A stretch of DNA of 64,000 bases from a virus (taxonomy: Duplodnaviria; Caudoviricetes): positions 23,201-87,200 of the IMG/VR virus record IMGVR_UViG_3300025875_000590, one strand, 5' to 3'. This document shows, piece after piece, positions 26,865-35,182 of this stretch. Made by a program: the position numbers and the translations under genes. How positions within the stretch are numbered: position 1 is the stretch's first letter; every line of letters starts with the position of its first letter. The notes under the pieces are model-generated. The model did not search any database. It saw only the letters and a program-made list of their open reading frames with translations, and was not told where the DNA came from.

Positions 26865-27149
26865 TCAGGCGCCGACCTTCGGCGGCGGCACGGGCCGGGA
26901 GGTGAGAGGGCCGGCGGCCTGGTTGTCGGTGTCGACCTTCGCGTCGGCGTCCCAGGTGTGCAGGGTGAGGTCGGCCTCCGGGGGGGCGTAGCCCTCGGAG
27001 ACGACCTCGTCGCCGTAGCGGAGCTGGATGCGGGACTCCTCGCGGTGGACGGAGAGCCGGCGGCGGTCGATGGCCTCGGCGACGGCGCGGCCGGTGTGGT
27101 CCTGGACGCCGTAGAGGATCCGGTCCGGCTTGTAGGCGGGCTCGGTCAT
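26865..27149 (-). CDS. Hypothetical protein
   Basis: 94 aa ORF, GGAGG RBS. Confidence 0.65.
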   Translation of the reverse strand: MTEPAYKPDRILYGVQDHTGRAVAEAIDRRRLSVHREESRIQLRYGDEVVSEGYAPPEADLTLHTWDADAKVDTDNQAAGPLTSRPVPPPKVGA

Positions 27150-27358
27150 GGGGTGCCTCCGGGGGTGGGGGTGGAGTCAACGGGGCCGTTTGCGCCGTTG
27201 GGGTCGTTGGGGTCGCGGGGATGCTGCCAGCAGCGGTCGCCCTCGTGGGCGACCTTCCGGTTGCACACCCACATGGCGCCCAGCTCGAGGTGGCCACCGC
27301 GGCGGCGGGTGGCCTCGAAGTTGCCGTAGCGGGCCGGCGCACCGCAGATGGGCTTCAC
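27146..27358 (-). CDS. Small Cys/His zinc-binding protein
   Basis: CGA..C...RCWQH pattern. Confidence 0.55.
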   Translation of the reverse strand: MKPICGAPARYGNFEATRRRGGHLELGAMWVCNRKVAHEGDRCWQHPRDPNDPNGANGPVDSTPTPGGTP

Positions 27359-27786
27359 GGTCGGGCGGCCCGGATGTCGAGGTCGAGCGCGAACTGCTCC
27401 ACGGCTGCAGCGTCGCCGTCGGTGATCGGCCCGGCGGGGCCGCAGAGGATGACGCCGCCGAGGCGGGCGGCAACCTCCTCGGGGGACAGCACGCGGTTGG
27501 GGTCCTCGGCCGCCGCGCGGGAGCGGGCCGCCGCCGCCGCGGCCCGCTCCTCCTCCAGCTGGACGAGCCGGGCGGCTGCGTGGCGGAGGTCGGTGCCGGG
27601 GGGCAGCCGGTCGAGGCGGGCCAGGAGCTGGTCGACCTCGGTCTCGGTGAGCTGGCTGCCGCTGGTGATGTGGCGGCCGACGGCGTCGCTGTAGAGGCGG
27701 AGGCGGTCGGCGCGGCGGTTGTGGTCGATGCCGCGGGCGGCGAAGGCGAGCACGAGGGCCCTGAGCTTGCCGTCCGGGACGCTCAC
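27355..27786 (-). CDS. Hypothetical protein
   Basis: RLRLYSDAVGRHITSGSQLTETE helical motif; overlap-coupled. Confidence 0.6.
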   Translation of the reverse strand: MSVPDGKLRALVLAFAARGIDHNRRADRLRLYSDAVGRHITSGSQLTETEVDQLLARLDRLPPGTDLRHAAARLVQLEEERAAAAAARSRAAAEDPNRVLSPEEVAARLGGVILCGPAGPITDGDAAAVEQFALDLDIRAARP

Positions 27787-28910
27787 GGCTGGACCTCGCG
27801 CCACTGGTGGGAGACCGACGACCGGGTGTGCTCGCGGGTCAGAAGGTCGCCGGGGCGGACGGCGGCGCGTGCCTCGGCTTCGTCTGAGGTGAGGCACCAG
27901 GTGGTGCCGTCGGGGGCGGCGACGCGCCACCACCGGCCGGGCTGCCAGTCGGTGATGGCCTGGTCGCCGCCGAGCATGGCCAGCAGCTCGTCGGCTTCCG
28001 TCAGCCAGTGCCCGCGCGATCCCGGCGTCCCGGCGTCCCACTGGGCGTCCGTGAACCCGTCGCGCCGCCATAGCCATCGCGCCACGTCGTCGCGGTTCGC
28101 CGTCCCCGACACCAGCTCGGGTAGTGGTTCGACCTCCGGCGGTGCGCTGGCCGGGTCGTCGGCCCACGTCCGGTAGCTCTTGGCCGTCCGGTCGGCGAGC
28201 AGTGCGGCACGAGGCTCGCCCTCCCGTTCCAGCTCCTCGGCGAGCATGGCGAGCGCACCGGCCTGACCCAGGTGGATGAGGCGGTCCGTCCCCGACACCA
28301 GCGGCCGGGCAGTGATGCGGTACCCGGCGGCGTTGAGCTGCTGCACAACTCCCCACGCCGCGCCGCCAGCGTCGTGCCCTTCGATGGGCGAGATTGACGC
28401 GGACAGTGCAGGAGCCAGAGCGTCGGCCTGCCAGATACCGTCGTCCTCCCCGGTACGGACAGCGGGCGGGGTGGCGGGGACGTTCCGGCCGTCGGTCAGA
28501 TGGTGGTAGGCGGCCTGGTGCATCGGCCCGAAGACGCAGCTCGCGCCCCCGTCGGTGAACCCGCAGGGACCGTGCTCCATCGACGGGGTCTTGTGCACGG
28601 CGTCGATGGCATGGCCGCAGACCGGGCAGGGATCCCCGACACGGACAGCGGGCGAGGTGGCGAGCAGCTTGGCCTCGTGGATCGGGCAGAAGTAGTCCGG
28701 CCGCTGCTCGGGCGGGCAGTCGCACGGCTCCACGGTGTCCTCCGGCGACGGGACGGCGGACTGGTACTTGGTGCATCCGTCGTCCGTCTTGCACTCGCCG
28801 CCCCCGTGGCGAGGCCAGTAGTGCTGGCCGAGCGTGTGGCCACAGCCGGGCGTTGCGCACGTCTCCGCCCCTGCGCCGGGGCTGCCCGCGTCGGCCGGGG
28901 TGGCGGTCAT
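27783..28910 (-). CDS. Mosaic multi-zinc-finger phage protein
   Basis: 375 aa; CGH..H, CDC..CPIH, CPVCGH motifs. Confidence 0.6.
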   Translation of the reverse strand: MTATPADAGSPGAGAETCATPGCGHTLGQHYWPRHGGGECKTDDGCTKYQSAVPSPEDTVEPCDCPPEQRPDYFCPIHEAKLLATSPAVRVGDPCPVCGHAIDAVHKTPSMEHGPCGFTDGGASCVFGPMHQAAYHHLTDGRNVPATPPAVRTGEDDGIWQADALAPALSASISPIEGHDAGGAAWGVVQQLNAAGYRITARPLVSGTDRLIHLGQAGALAMLAEELEREGEPRAALLADRTAKSYRTWADDPASAPPEVEPLPELVSGTANRDDVARWLWRRDGFTDAQWDAGTPGSRGHWLTEADELLAMLGGDQAITDWQPGRWWRVAAPDGTTWCLTSDEAEARAAVRPGDLLTREHTRSSVSHQWREVQP

Positions 28911-29278
28911 GACTGCTCCGCGTCGAAGAACACGGCGGGGGCGCCGGTGAGGCCGGTCTCGTCGCGCTCCCACGCGCGGCGGCCCTCTTCGCCGTCCGGC
29001 CGCCAGTGGCCCCACTCGGTGCGCTCGTTGGTCAGCTCCCACGGGAACGCGCCGTCGTACCGCTGCAGGGCGGCCTCGGCGAGCTGGCGGGCGGTCTCGA
29101 GGGAGTGGGTGCGCATGACGCAGACGCCGTCCACGGCCTCGTCGGCGTCGCTCAGGAGCATGGCCTCGGGGAGCTTCCGTGGCCGGTACAGGCGGCCGTC
29201 GGGGCGGTGGACGGGCGTGGGCCGCCGCGGCGGCTCGGGGAACGCGGCTGCCTGCGCTCCGGCGTCGACGGCGGTCAC
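28907..29278 (-). CDS. Hypothetical protein
   Basis: 123 aa, overlap-coupled. Confidence 0.65.
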   Translation of the reverse strand: MTAVDAGAQAAAFPEPPRRPTPVHRPDGRLYRPRKLPEAMLLSDADEAVDGVCVMRTHSLETARQLAEAALQRYDGAFPWELTNERTEWGHWRPDGEEGRRAWERDETGLTGAPAVFFDAEQS

Positions 29279-29601
29279 TGCTGGCCGCCGGTGGGGGGCG
29301 GGGTGACGATGACGTCGCCGGGACCCCAGGTCATGCGGTCGGCCTGCCCGGCCTCGGCCTCGGCCTCGGCCGCGTCGCGGGCGGCGGTGTCGAGGGCGCG
29401 GGCGTCGTGGTCGACCAGGGCGAGGCCGCCGGTGAGCAGGGTGCGCAGCTCGTCGTGGGTGCCCTCGATGAGGACGACGTCGCCGATGGTGAGGCCGACG
29501 TGGTCGGCGGCCAGGGGCGCCTCGCCGTCGGCGAGGTCGTCGCCGCGGAGGATGGCGGGGGCGACGGTGCTGGCGGTGACGCGCTCGATGTGGGTGCTCA
29601 T
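29275..29601 (-). CDS. Hypothetical protein
   Basis: 108 aa from ATG 29601. Confidence 0.6.
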   Translation of the reverse strand: MSTHIERVTASTVAPAILRGDDLADGEAPLAADHVGLTIGDVVLIEGTHDELRTLLTGGLALVDHDARALDTAARDAAEAEAEAGQADRMTWGPGDVIVTPPPTGGQQ

Positions 29602-29927
29602 CAGGACTCCAGGGTGGTGGGGTGGTCGTCGGCGGGGTCGCTGGCGGGAACGGGGGCCGTGCGCTCGAGGTGGGCCTCGGCGCGGTCGGTGGCGGCGCGC
29701 AGGGCGTCGCCGAGCAGCTCGCCGAGGGGGTCGGCGCGGACGGCGGCGATCAGCGCGCGGAGGGCGTCGCGGTCGCCCTGGCCGCGGACGTCGGCCTGGC
29801 CGATGGCGTAGGCGAGGGACTCGAGCAGCAGCCGGCGGCGGATGAGCGAGGCCGGGTCGCCGGGCGGGGGGAAGCCGGCGGCGATGAGGGCCTTGCGGGC
29901 GGCCCGCCGGTGGTCGTCGGTGGTCAC
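29601..29927 (-). CDS. Hypothetical protein
   Basis: 108 aa, overlap-coupled. Confidence 0.6.
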   Translation of the reverse strand: MTTDDHRRAARKALIAAGFPPPGDPASLIRRRLLLESLAYAIGQADVRGQGDRDALRALIAAVRADPLGELLGDALRAATDRAEAHLERTAPVPASDPADDHPTTLES

Positions 29928-30253
29928 TGGACGGCGTCGAGCTCGTCGGCCTGGCGGTCCCAGGCGGCGGCGGAGGCGAGCAGCAGGTCGTAGCGGGGGG
30001 TGCCGCGGTCGAGGCAGTCGGCCTCCTCACGGTCGATCTGGGCGGAGCGGCGGGCACCGTCGGCGTCGTCGCCGACGTAGGGGTCGCGGTGGTCGGCGTG
30101 GTCGGGGGCCAGCCGGACGGCGAGGTCGACGTCGAGCTGCCGCTGCTGCCGGATCTCGGCGAGGCGGTGGACGACGACGGGGTCGCTCTCGCCGCGGCGG
30201 CCAGCGGCGAGAGCGCGCCGGGCGAGGTCGTCGCGGTCAGGGAAGTCGGTCAT
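29924..30253 (-). CDS. Hypothetical protein
   Basis: Start-associated motif upstream. Confidence 0.65.
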   Translation of the reverse strand: MTDFPDRDDLARRALAAGRRGESDPVVVHRLAEIRQQRQLDVDLAVRLAPDHADHRDPYVGDDADGARRSAQIDREEADCLDRGTPRYDLLLASAAAWDRQADELDAVQ

Positions 30254-30262
30254 GGTGGGTCA

Positions 30263-30275
30263 GCTCCTCAGCTGG
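30263..30275 (-). promoter_or_regulatory. Start-associated motif
   Basis: Exact CCAGCTGAGGAGC. Confidence 0.8.
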
Positions 30276-30289
30276 TCAGCGGGTCGGGG

Positions 30290-30385
30290 TCAGCGGGGGG
30301 TGTGGATGGGCAGGTCGTGCTCGGCGCAGGAGACGCCGTCGCCGCCGGGGAGGGTGGACACGGTCCGGCCGCACCAGCAGGTCAC
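30290..30385 (-). CDS. 31-aa CxC..CxxH microprotein
   Basis: VTCWCGRTVSTLPGGDGVSCAEHDLPIHTPR; GTGA overlap with HTH gene. Confidence 0.4.
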   Translation of the reverse strand: MTCWCGRTVSTLPGGDGVSCAEHDLPIHTPR

Positions 30386-30660
30386 GGCTGGCCCGCGGCG
30401 GCGGTGAGCCGCTCGAGGGTGGCCTGTTCCTCGGCGAGCTGCTCGGCGTCGATGGGCTCGCGGATGGCGTCGTAGACGGTCTGGCGGGCGACGCGGGCGG
30501 TGGCGGTGATCTGGGAGCGGCTGTTGCCGCCCTCGCGGTCGGCGACGCGGATCGCGGCGCGCAGCCGGGCGATGACCTCGCGGCGCCGGTCCTCGATCTC
30601 GGCGAGCTCGCCGCCGGTCTCGGCCAGCGCCTTCATGGCGGGGGAGGGGGTGGTGGACAT
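30382..30660 (-). CDS. Small HTH protein, candidate repressor of the operator regulon
   Basis: SRSQITATARVARQTVYDAI helix-turn-helix; best operator overlaps its own -35. Confidence 0.7.
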   Translation of the reverse strand: MSTTPSPAMKALAETGGELAEIEDRRREVIARLRAAIRVADREGGNSRSQITATARVARQTVYDAIREPIDAEQLAEEQATLERLTAAAGQP

Positions 30661-30667
30661 GCCCGCG

Positions 30668-30707
30668 ACGCTACTCCTAGACACCCATCTCTGTCCAGCT
30701 CTGGACA
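30668..30707 (-). promoter_or_regulatory. Leaderless promoter overlapped by operator
   Basis: TGGACA-18-TAGCGT-7-ATG; operator TGTCCAGCTCTGGACA 30692-30707, half-site CTAGACA 30677-30683. Confidence 0.8.
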
Positions 30708-30800
30708 GCTGTGCGGGGCTCCGTCCATCGGAGGGGGGACAGCACAGCGCCCCGCCCCCCGGAAGCCGGGGACGAGGCGCTGGTGGCGCGGGCGAGCGGG

Positions 30801-31211
30801 TCAGTCGGTGGCACCGAGCAGCAGGTCGATGATGCGGCGGTTGGCGAGCAGCTTCTCCACGCCTGCCTTCCGCTCGGCGAGGGCTTCGACCAGGCGGCCG
30901 GTGGCGGACTCGACCAGCGAGCCGTCCTCCTGGTAGCCGCCAGCGAGGTTGGCGATGACGCGCCCGGCGTAGCCCTTGACCTCGGTGGCCCGCTCCCCGG
31001 CGGCGCGGTCGGCCTCGAGGACGGCCCAGGTGGCGGTGGTCTCCGCGGCCATGAGCATGAGCCCGAGCTTCCCGGCGTTGCGGAGCGCGACGCCCTGCTC
31101 GTCGGTGAGGGTGGCGAAGCTGGGCAGGATGCGGGTCAGGGACTCGGCGTCCCGCTGGGACAGCTCGAGCGCGCCGACGGTGTGGCGGGGGGCGTTCGCG
31201 GTGGTGGGCAC
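30801..31211 (-). CDS. Hypothetical helical protein
   Basis: Start-associated motif upstream. Confidence 0.65.
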   Translation of the reverse strand: MPTTANAPRHTVGALELSQRDAESLTRILPSFATLTDEQGVALRNAGKLGLMLMAAETTATWAVLEADRAAGERATEVKGYAGRVIANLAGGYQEDGSLVESATGRLVEALAERKAGVEKLLANRRIIDLLLGATD

Positions 31212-31218
31212 GGTAGGA

Positions 31219-31231
31219 GCTCCTCAGCTGG
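31219..31231 (-). promoter_or_regulatory. Start-associated motif
   Basis: Exact CCAGCTGAGGAGC. Confidence 0.8.
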
Positions 31232-31255
31232 GTGGGTGGGGCTGTCACCGCCGCG

Positions 31256-31284
31256 GGCCCCGCACCCGAGGTGGGTGCGGGGCC
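31256..31284. terminator. Hairpin terminator
   Basis: 12-bp perfect stem GGCCCCGCACCC. Confidence 0.65.
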
Positions 31285-31304
31285 AGGCGGAGCAGGCGGG
31301 GCGG

Positions 31305-31553
31305 TCAGGCCAGGGCGAGGGTCTGACCCTTCTTCCCGTAGACGGTGCCGGTGGTGCGCTTCTCCCGGCCCTTGACGGTGACGGCGATCGTCCCGTTGAG
31401 GTAGGCCCGGGCCGGGGGGCGGCCGTAGGTGGTGGTGATCGTCCGGCCGTTGACGGTGGTGGCCTTGCCGGAGGCGAAGGCGGCGTTGATGCGCTCGGCG
31501 ATGTCCTCGTTGCCGCCGGCGGCGACGGTGATGGTGGTGGCGGTGCGGGCCAT
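31305..31553 (-). CDS. Small basic hypothetical protein
   Basis: 82 aa, start-associated motif and operator upstream. Confidence 0.7.
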   Translation of the reverse strand: MARTATTITVAAGGNEDIAERINAAFASGKATTVNGRTITTTYGRPPARAYLNGTIAVTVKGREKRTTGTVYGKKGQTLALA

Positions 31554-31557
31554 GTCA

Positions 31558-31570
31558 GCTCCTCAGCTGG
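31558..31570 (-). promoter_or_regulatory. Start-associated motif
   Basis: Exact CCAGCTGAGGAGC. Confidence 0.8.
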
Positions 31571-31625
31571 TGGGGTGCGGGGCCGGTCGGCCGCGCAGGA
31601 GTAGGAGACCATCCCTCGCACGCGT

Positions 31626-31641
31626 TGTCCAGTGCTAGACA
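31626..31641. promoter_or_regulatory. Palindromic operator
   Basis: TGTCCAGTGCTAGACA. Confidence 0.8.
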
Positions 31642-31660
31642 CGCGACGCGCGGGAGGGGG

Positions 31661-31804
31661 TCAGACGGTGGCGAGCTCGGCGGCGACGTCGTCGGCGCGG
31701 ACGTCGCCGTAGGTCTCGACGGCGTCGAGCAGGGCCTCGCGGTCGGCGACGGGGAGAGCGGCGAGCAGGGCCTCGATGCGGGCGAGAGCGGCGGTGGCGT
31801 CCAT
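31661..31804 (-). CDS. 47-aa acidic hypothetical protein
   Basis: MDATAALARIEALLAALPVADREALLDAVETYGD...; high GC3. Confidence 0.5.
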   Translation of the reverse strand: MDATAALARIEALLAALPVADREALLDAVETYGDVRADDVAAELATV

Positions 31805-31874
31805 GACCCTGTGTTCGGCTCGTGCAGACCGGAGCTGAAGGCCGGCGTTCGCGGCTCCCCCCTTCAGGGGGGGG

Positions 31875-32978
31875 TCAGGCGGCGATGGCCGCGGCGAGCC
31901 CGAGGTGCTCGAGGACCTCGTCGGGGGCGGCGTCGAGCAGCAGCCCGAGGACGGCGGCGGTGGCGTGCAGCGGGACGACGCCGTTGCCGAGCATCTTGAT
32001 CGCGTCCTCCCCGGATACGGCCCACCGATCGGCGGGGGCGTCGAACAGGTCGAGCTGGTCGACCACTGCCGGCACGCGGGTGACCCACCCGGCGGGCAGG
32101 CCCATCATCCACTCGGTGAAGGCGGGGTTCAGTCCTCGTCCGCCGCGGGCTCGTCGCTCCAGAGGCTGAGGGGCTCGTCGGCCGGTGATGTGCTCCCAGC
32201 GGGCGACGGCGTCGGCGTAGACGCCCCAGTCGACGTCAGCGCCCCCAGCAGGGTCGGGTTGCCCCGCGGGTAGGACAGCGAGGTCCGCTCGGCGTCCGAG
32301 CGCATCGGGGTAGGCAGCAGGTGCAGCGCCGTCGTCAGGTCGTGGCCGCCGGAGCCGGGCCGGGTCATCCGCGCGTAGTCCGGGCCGGAGTGGGCCAGCT
32401 TCGCCTCCGGGGTCGGCAGGAGCCGGCCAGGCGGTGATGAACACGCGGGCGCGGCCGTGGGGGGCGCCGACGGCGGAAGCGGGTACGAGACGCCACGCCG
32501 CATCGTACCCGAGGTCGGCCAGGTCGCCGAGAACAGCTCCGAGGGCCCGGAGGACGACGGAATCCGCCAGGTCCGGCTCGTCGGGTCCCAGATCGCGGTG
32601 GGCTCGGGCACTGAGCAGTCCTCTCACGTTCTCGATGACGACCAGCGCGGGGCGCAGCTGGGCGATGGCGTAGGCGAAGTGGGTCCAGAGACCGGAGCGG
32701 GAGTCGGGGTGGATGCCGAGCCGGCGCCCGGCGAGGGACACGTCCTGGCAGGGGAAGCCGCCGAGCAGGACGTCGACGGGCTCGACCTCGGACCAGTCGA
32801 TGCGGGCGACGTCGCCGAGGTTGGGGACGTCGGGGAAGCGGTGGGCGAGGACGCGGCAGGCGGCGGGCTCGACCTCGGCGTGCCAGGCGGTGCGGGCGCC
32901 GGGGATGGCCGCGGTGACGCCGAGGTCCAGGCCGCCGTAGCCGGAGAACAGCGACCCGACGGTGAGGGCAGGGGCCAC
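31875..32978 (-). CDS. C5 cytosine DNA methyltransferase
   Basis: Motifs I FSGYGG, IV GFPCQD, VI ENV, VIII RARVF, X LGNGVVP. Confidence 0.95.
   Translation of the reverse strand: MAPALTVGSLFSGYGGLDLGVTAAIPGARTAWHAEVEPAACRVLAHRFPDVPNLGDVARIDWSEVEPVDVLLGGFPCQDVSLAGRRLGIHPDSRSGLWTHFAYAIAQLRPALVVIENVRGLLSARAHRDLGPDEPDLADSVVLRALGAVLGDLADLGYDAAWRLVPASAVGAPHGRARVFITAWPAPADPGGEAGPLRPGLRADDPARLRRPRPDDGAAPAAYPDALGRRADLAVLPAGQPDPAGGADVDWGVYADAVARWEHITGRRAPQPLERRARGGRGLNPAFTEWMMGLPAGWVTRVPAVVDQLDLFDAPADRWAVSGEDAIKMLGNGVVPLHATAAVLGLLLDAAPDEVLEHLGLAAAIAA
32129..32611 (-). CDS. Nested out-of-frame ORF (LLPTP repeats) inside the methyltransferase gene
   Basis: 160 aa in +1 frame; GC3 higher than host frame; TWPTSG and two LLPTP motifs. 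Confidence 0.6.
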   Translation of the reverse strand: MPEPTAIWDPTSRTWRIPSSSGPSELFSATWPTSGTMRRGVSYPLPPSAPPTAAPACSSPPGRLLPTPEAKLAHSGPDYARMTRPGSGGHDLTTALHLLPTPMRSDAERTSLSYPRGNPTLLGALTSTGASTPTPSPAGSTSPADEPLSLWSDEPAADED

Positions 32979-33026
32979 GGTGGCGCTCCAGACGGGTGAG
33001 AGGGGCGGGGTCAGTGTCGGGGACGG

Positions 33027-33060
33027 CGACGCCCGCCCCGCGCAGGCGGGGCGGGCGTCG
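33027..33060. terminator. Hairpin terminator
   Basis: 15-bp perfect stem CGACGCCCGCCCCGC. Confidence 0.75.
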
Positions 33061-33065
33061 GCCGG

Positions 33066-33362
33066 TCAGGCGGAGCGGCGGGTGAGCTCGGCGCGGGCCC
33101 GGCGGCGGGTGACCGGGGAGGCGAGCGCGGCCTCGAGGTCGGCGGTGGTCATGGAGGCGGCGACGGCGTCCAGGACGTCGCTCTCCAGGTCGATCTCGCG
33201 GAGCCCGAACCGGGCGGCGATGCGGGTGGCGGTGGCCGCGGCCTCGGCGCGGTCGGCGATGGAGTGGGCCATGTGGGAGGCGACGGCGGCGTCGATGTAC
33301 GCCTGCCGACCGGCCGCCGCGCCCAGCTGCGGGCGCGGCGACCACACGAAGTCGGCGGTCAT
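33066..33362 (-). CDS. Hypothetical protein
   Basis: 98 aa, overlap-coupled. Confidence 0.6.
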   Translation of the reverse strand: MTADFVWSPRPQLGAAAGRQAYIDAAVASHMAHSIADRAEAAATATRIAARFGLREIDLESDVLDAVAASMTTADLEAALASPVTRRRARAELTRRSA

Positions 33363-34006
33363 CGGGTCACCGGCAGCACGCCGACGGTGTTGGCGATCGC
33401 GGCGAGGACGACGGACTGCGGGGTGGAGCCGCCGAACTCGACGCGCCACCACTCCAGCTTCGCCAGGGGCCGGTCGGGGTCCCAGCCGATGAGGGTGACG
33501 CGATCGCCGTCGTCGGTGTAGCCGATGACGCGGAAGGCGCCGGACTCGTGCTCGGTGCGCCACCAGGGGCCGGACAGGTAGTGGTCGCCGGTGGTCATCT
33601 CGCCGAAGCCGAGCCCGGCGAGGGCGGCGCCGAACTCGCCCGGGTTGGAGCGCAGCGTGCCGAGGGCGGCGTCGGCGACCGTGCGGGCCAGCGCGGCGTC
33701 GCGGTCGGGCTGGCCGCAGACCTCGCACGCGCCGTCGACCATCTCGTGGCCGAACATCGAGCAGCGCATGACGTCGTCGTCCTCGTCGGGCACGGGGACG
33801 GTGATGGCCTCGCGGGGGGCCTCGGCGGCGGCCACGGCCCGGGGGGTGGGGACGTGGGAGCAGCGGGCGCAGTCGACGGTGATGTGGGGGACGCGGCCGA
33901 CCCAACCGGCGGTGAAGTCGATGGGGCGCCCGCACGCGGTGCGGCCGTCGGGGCGGACGGTGTGGGTGCGCCCGCGGGCGGCGGTGGCGACGGTGATGGC
34001 GGTCAT
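33359..34006 (-). CDS. Zinc-binding hypothetical protein
   Basis: H..CG..CARC and C..GH..CEVC motifs; start-associated motif and operator upstream. Confidence 0.7.
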   Translation of the reverse strand: MTAITVATAARGRTHTVRPDGRTACGRPIDFTAGWVGRVPHITVDCARCSHVPTPRAVAAAEAPREAITVPVPDEDDDVMRCSMFGHEMVDGACEVCGQPDRDAALARTVADAALGTLRSNPGEFGAALAGLGFGEMTTGDHYLSGPWWRTEHESGAFRVIGYTDDGDRVTLIGWDPDRPLAKLEWWRVEFGGSTPQSVVLAAIANTVGVLPVTR

Positions 34007-34014
34007 GGTGAGCA

Positions 34015-34027
34015 GCTCCTCAGCTGG
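34015..34027 (-). promoter_or_regulatory. Start-associated motif
   Basis: Exact CCAGCTGAGGAGC. Confidence 0.8.
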
Positions 34028-34056
34028 TGGTGTGGTCCGGTGCGGGCCACACCACC

Positions 34057-34085
34057 AGTATCGGCAAGTGTCCAGCACTAGACAA
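34057..34085 (-). promoter_or_regulatory. Operator overlapping candidate promoter
   Basis: TGTCCAGCACTAGACA 34069-34084; TTGTCT-17-GATACT. Confidence 0.75.
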
Positions 34086-34193
34086 GGGGAACGGGGATTT
34101 TTCTCCCCCCGACGAGGGAACGCCCGCCCCGCCAGGTGGCGGGACGGGCGGCGGGAGACTCGGGTCAGCGATCGTGCGCTCGGATCCGAACGG

Positions 34194-34373
34194 TCACCCC
34201 TTGGAGGCGGGCCGGTTGGCGACGAGGACCTGGCAGAGCACCCCGGGCGGGGGTGAGGCGACGACGAGGCGGCGGACGTCGCCGCCGGCGTGCACGAGGG
34301 CGAGAGCCCACGCCTCCGGGTCGGGGACCGGGACGGCGGCGGCGGAGCCGGGGCGGGTGCTGGTGTGGGCCAT
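34194..34373 (-). CDS. 59-aa hypothetical protein
   Basis: MAHTSTRPG...AWALALVHAGGDVRRLVV...VLVANRP (hand translation). Confidence 0.5.
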   Translation of the reverse strand: MAHTSTRPGSAAAVPVPDPEAWALALVHAGGDVRRLVVASPPPGVLCQVLVANRPASKG

Positions 34374-34400
34374 GCGGGGCAGCCTGGCGGAGCAGGCCGG

Positions 34401-34447
34401 GACCCGGGCCCCGCCGCCGGTGCCCGGTCACGGCGGCGGGGCGGGTC
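34401..34447. terminator. Hairpin terminator
   Basis: 11-bp stem CCCCGCCGCCG/CGGCGGCGGGG. Confidence 0.55.
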
Positions 34448-34461
34448 GTCACCGGGCGCGG

Positions 34462-35126
34462 TCAGGCGGCCTCGGCGGGTGCGTCGGTGAACGACACGGC
34501 GACGGCCTGCCCGCCGGCGGGGTCCTCCCGCAGCGGGGTGACGCCGGTGTGCTCCTGCCAGCGGCGGCAGATGACGTCGGCGTACCGCAGGTCGAGCTCC
34601 ACGAGCGCGGCCAGCCGGCCGGCGCGGTGCGCGGCGATCAGCGTCGACCCGGACCCGCCGAACAGGTCGAGGACGAGCGCGCCCTTCTTCGTGGAGTTTT
34701 CGATGGCACGCCCAACTAATTGGGTGGGCTTCATCGTGGGGTGTACGTCGTTGCGGGAGGGCCGGGGGATCGACCAGACGGTGGTCTGCTTCCGGCCGCC
34801 GTGCCAGGTGTGGGCGGCGCCCTCCCGCCAGCCGTAGAGGATCGTGTCGTGCTCGAGGTCGAAGTGCGGGGGCTCGGGCGGGGTGGAGCCGGGGCGCCGG
34901 TCCAGCCCTCCTCCTTCGCCGCGCGCCAGGTGGTGTTCCCGGCGAGCACGAAGCCCGTCGACCGCTGGACCACGATCGTGCGGTATTGGCCGTGGATGCG
35001 GAGCGACTCCCGGATGACCTCGACGCTCCCCTTGTTCGGGTTGCGCGGGTGCGGCCTGATCGAGTCGATGGGGACGACGACGCTGGCAGCGGCGATCTGC
35101 TCGGCGGTCAGGCTGGGCTGGGACAC
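34462..35126 (-). pseudogene. ParB-N/N6-N4 DNA methyltransferase fusion with internal deletion and frameshift
   Basis: ParB-N (HPRNPNKG, VLAGNT) joined out of frame to MTase C-half (HPTMKP, DLFGGSGSTL); DPPY motif absent. Confidence 0.75.
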
Positions 35127-35182
35127 GGGGCGGGGCTCCTGGGCATGCGGGAGGAAGCCCGGCCCAGAGCCAGCAGCAGCAC

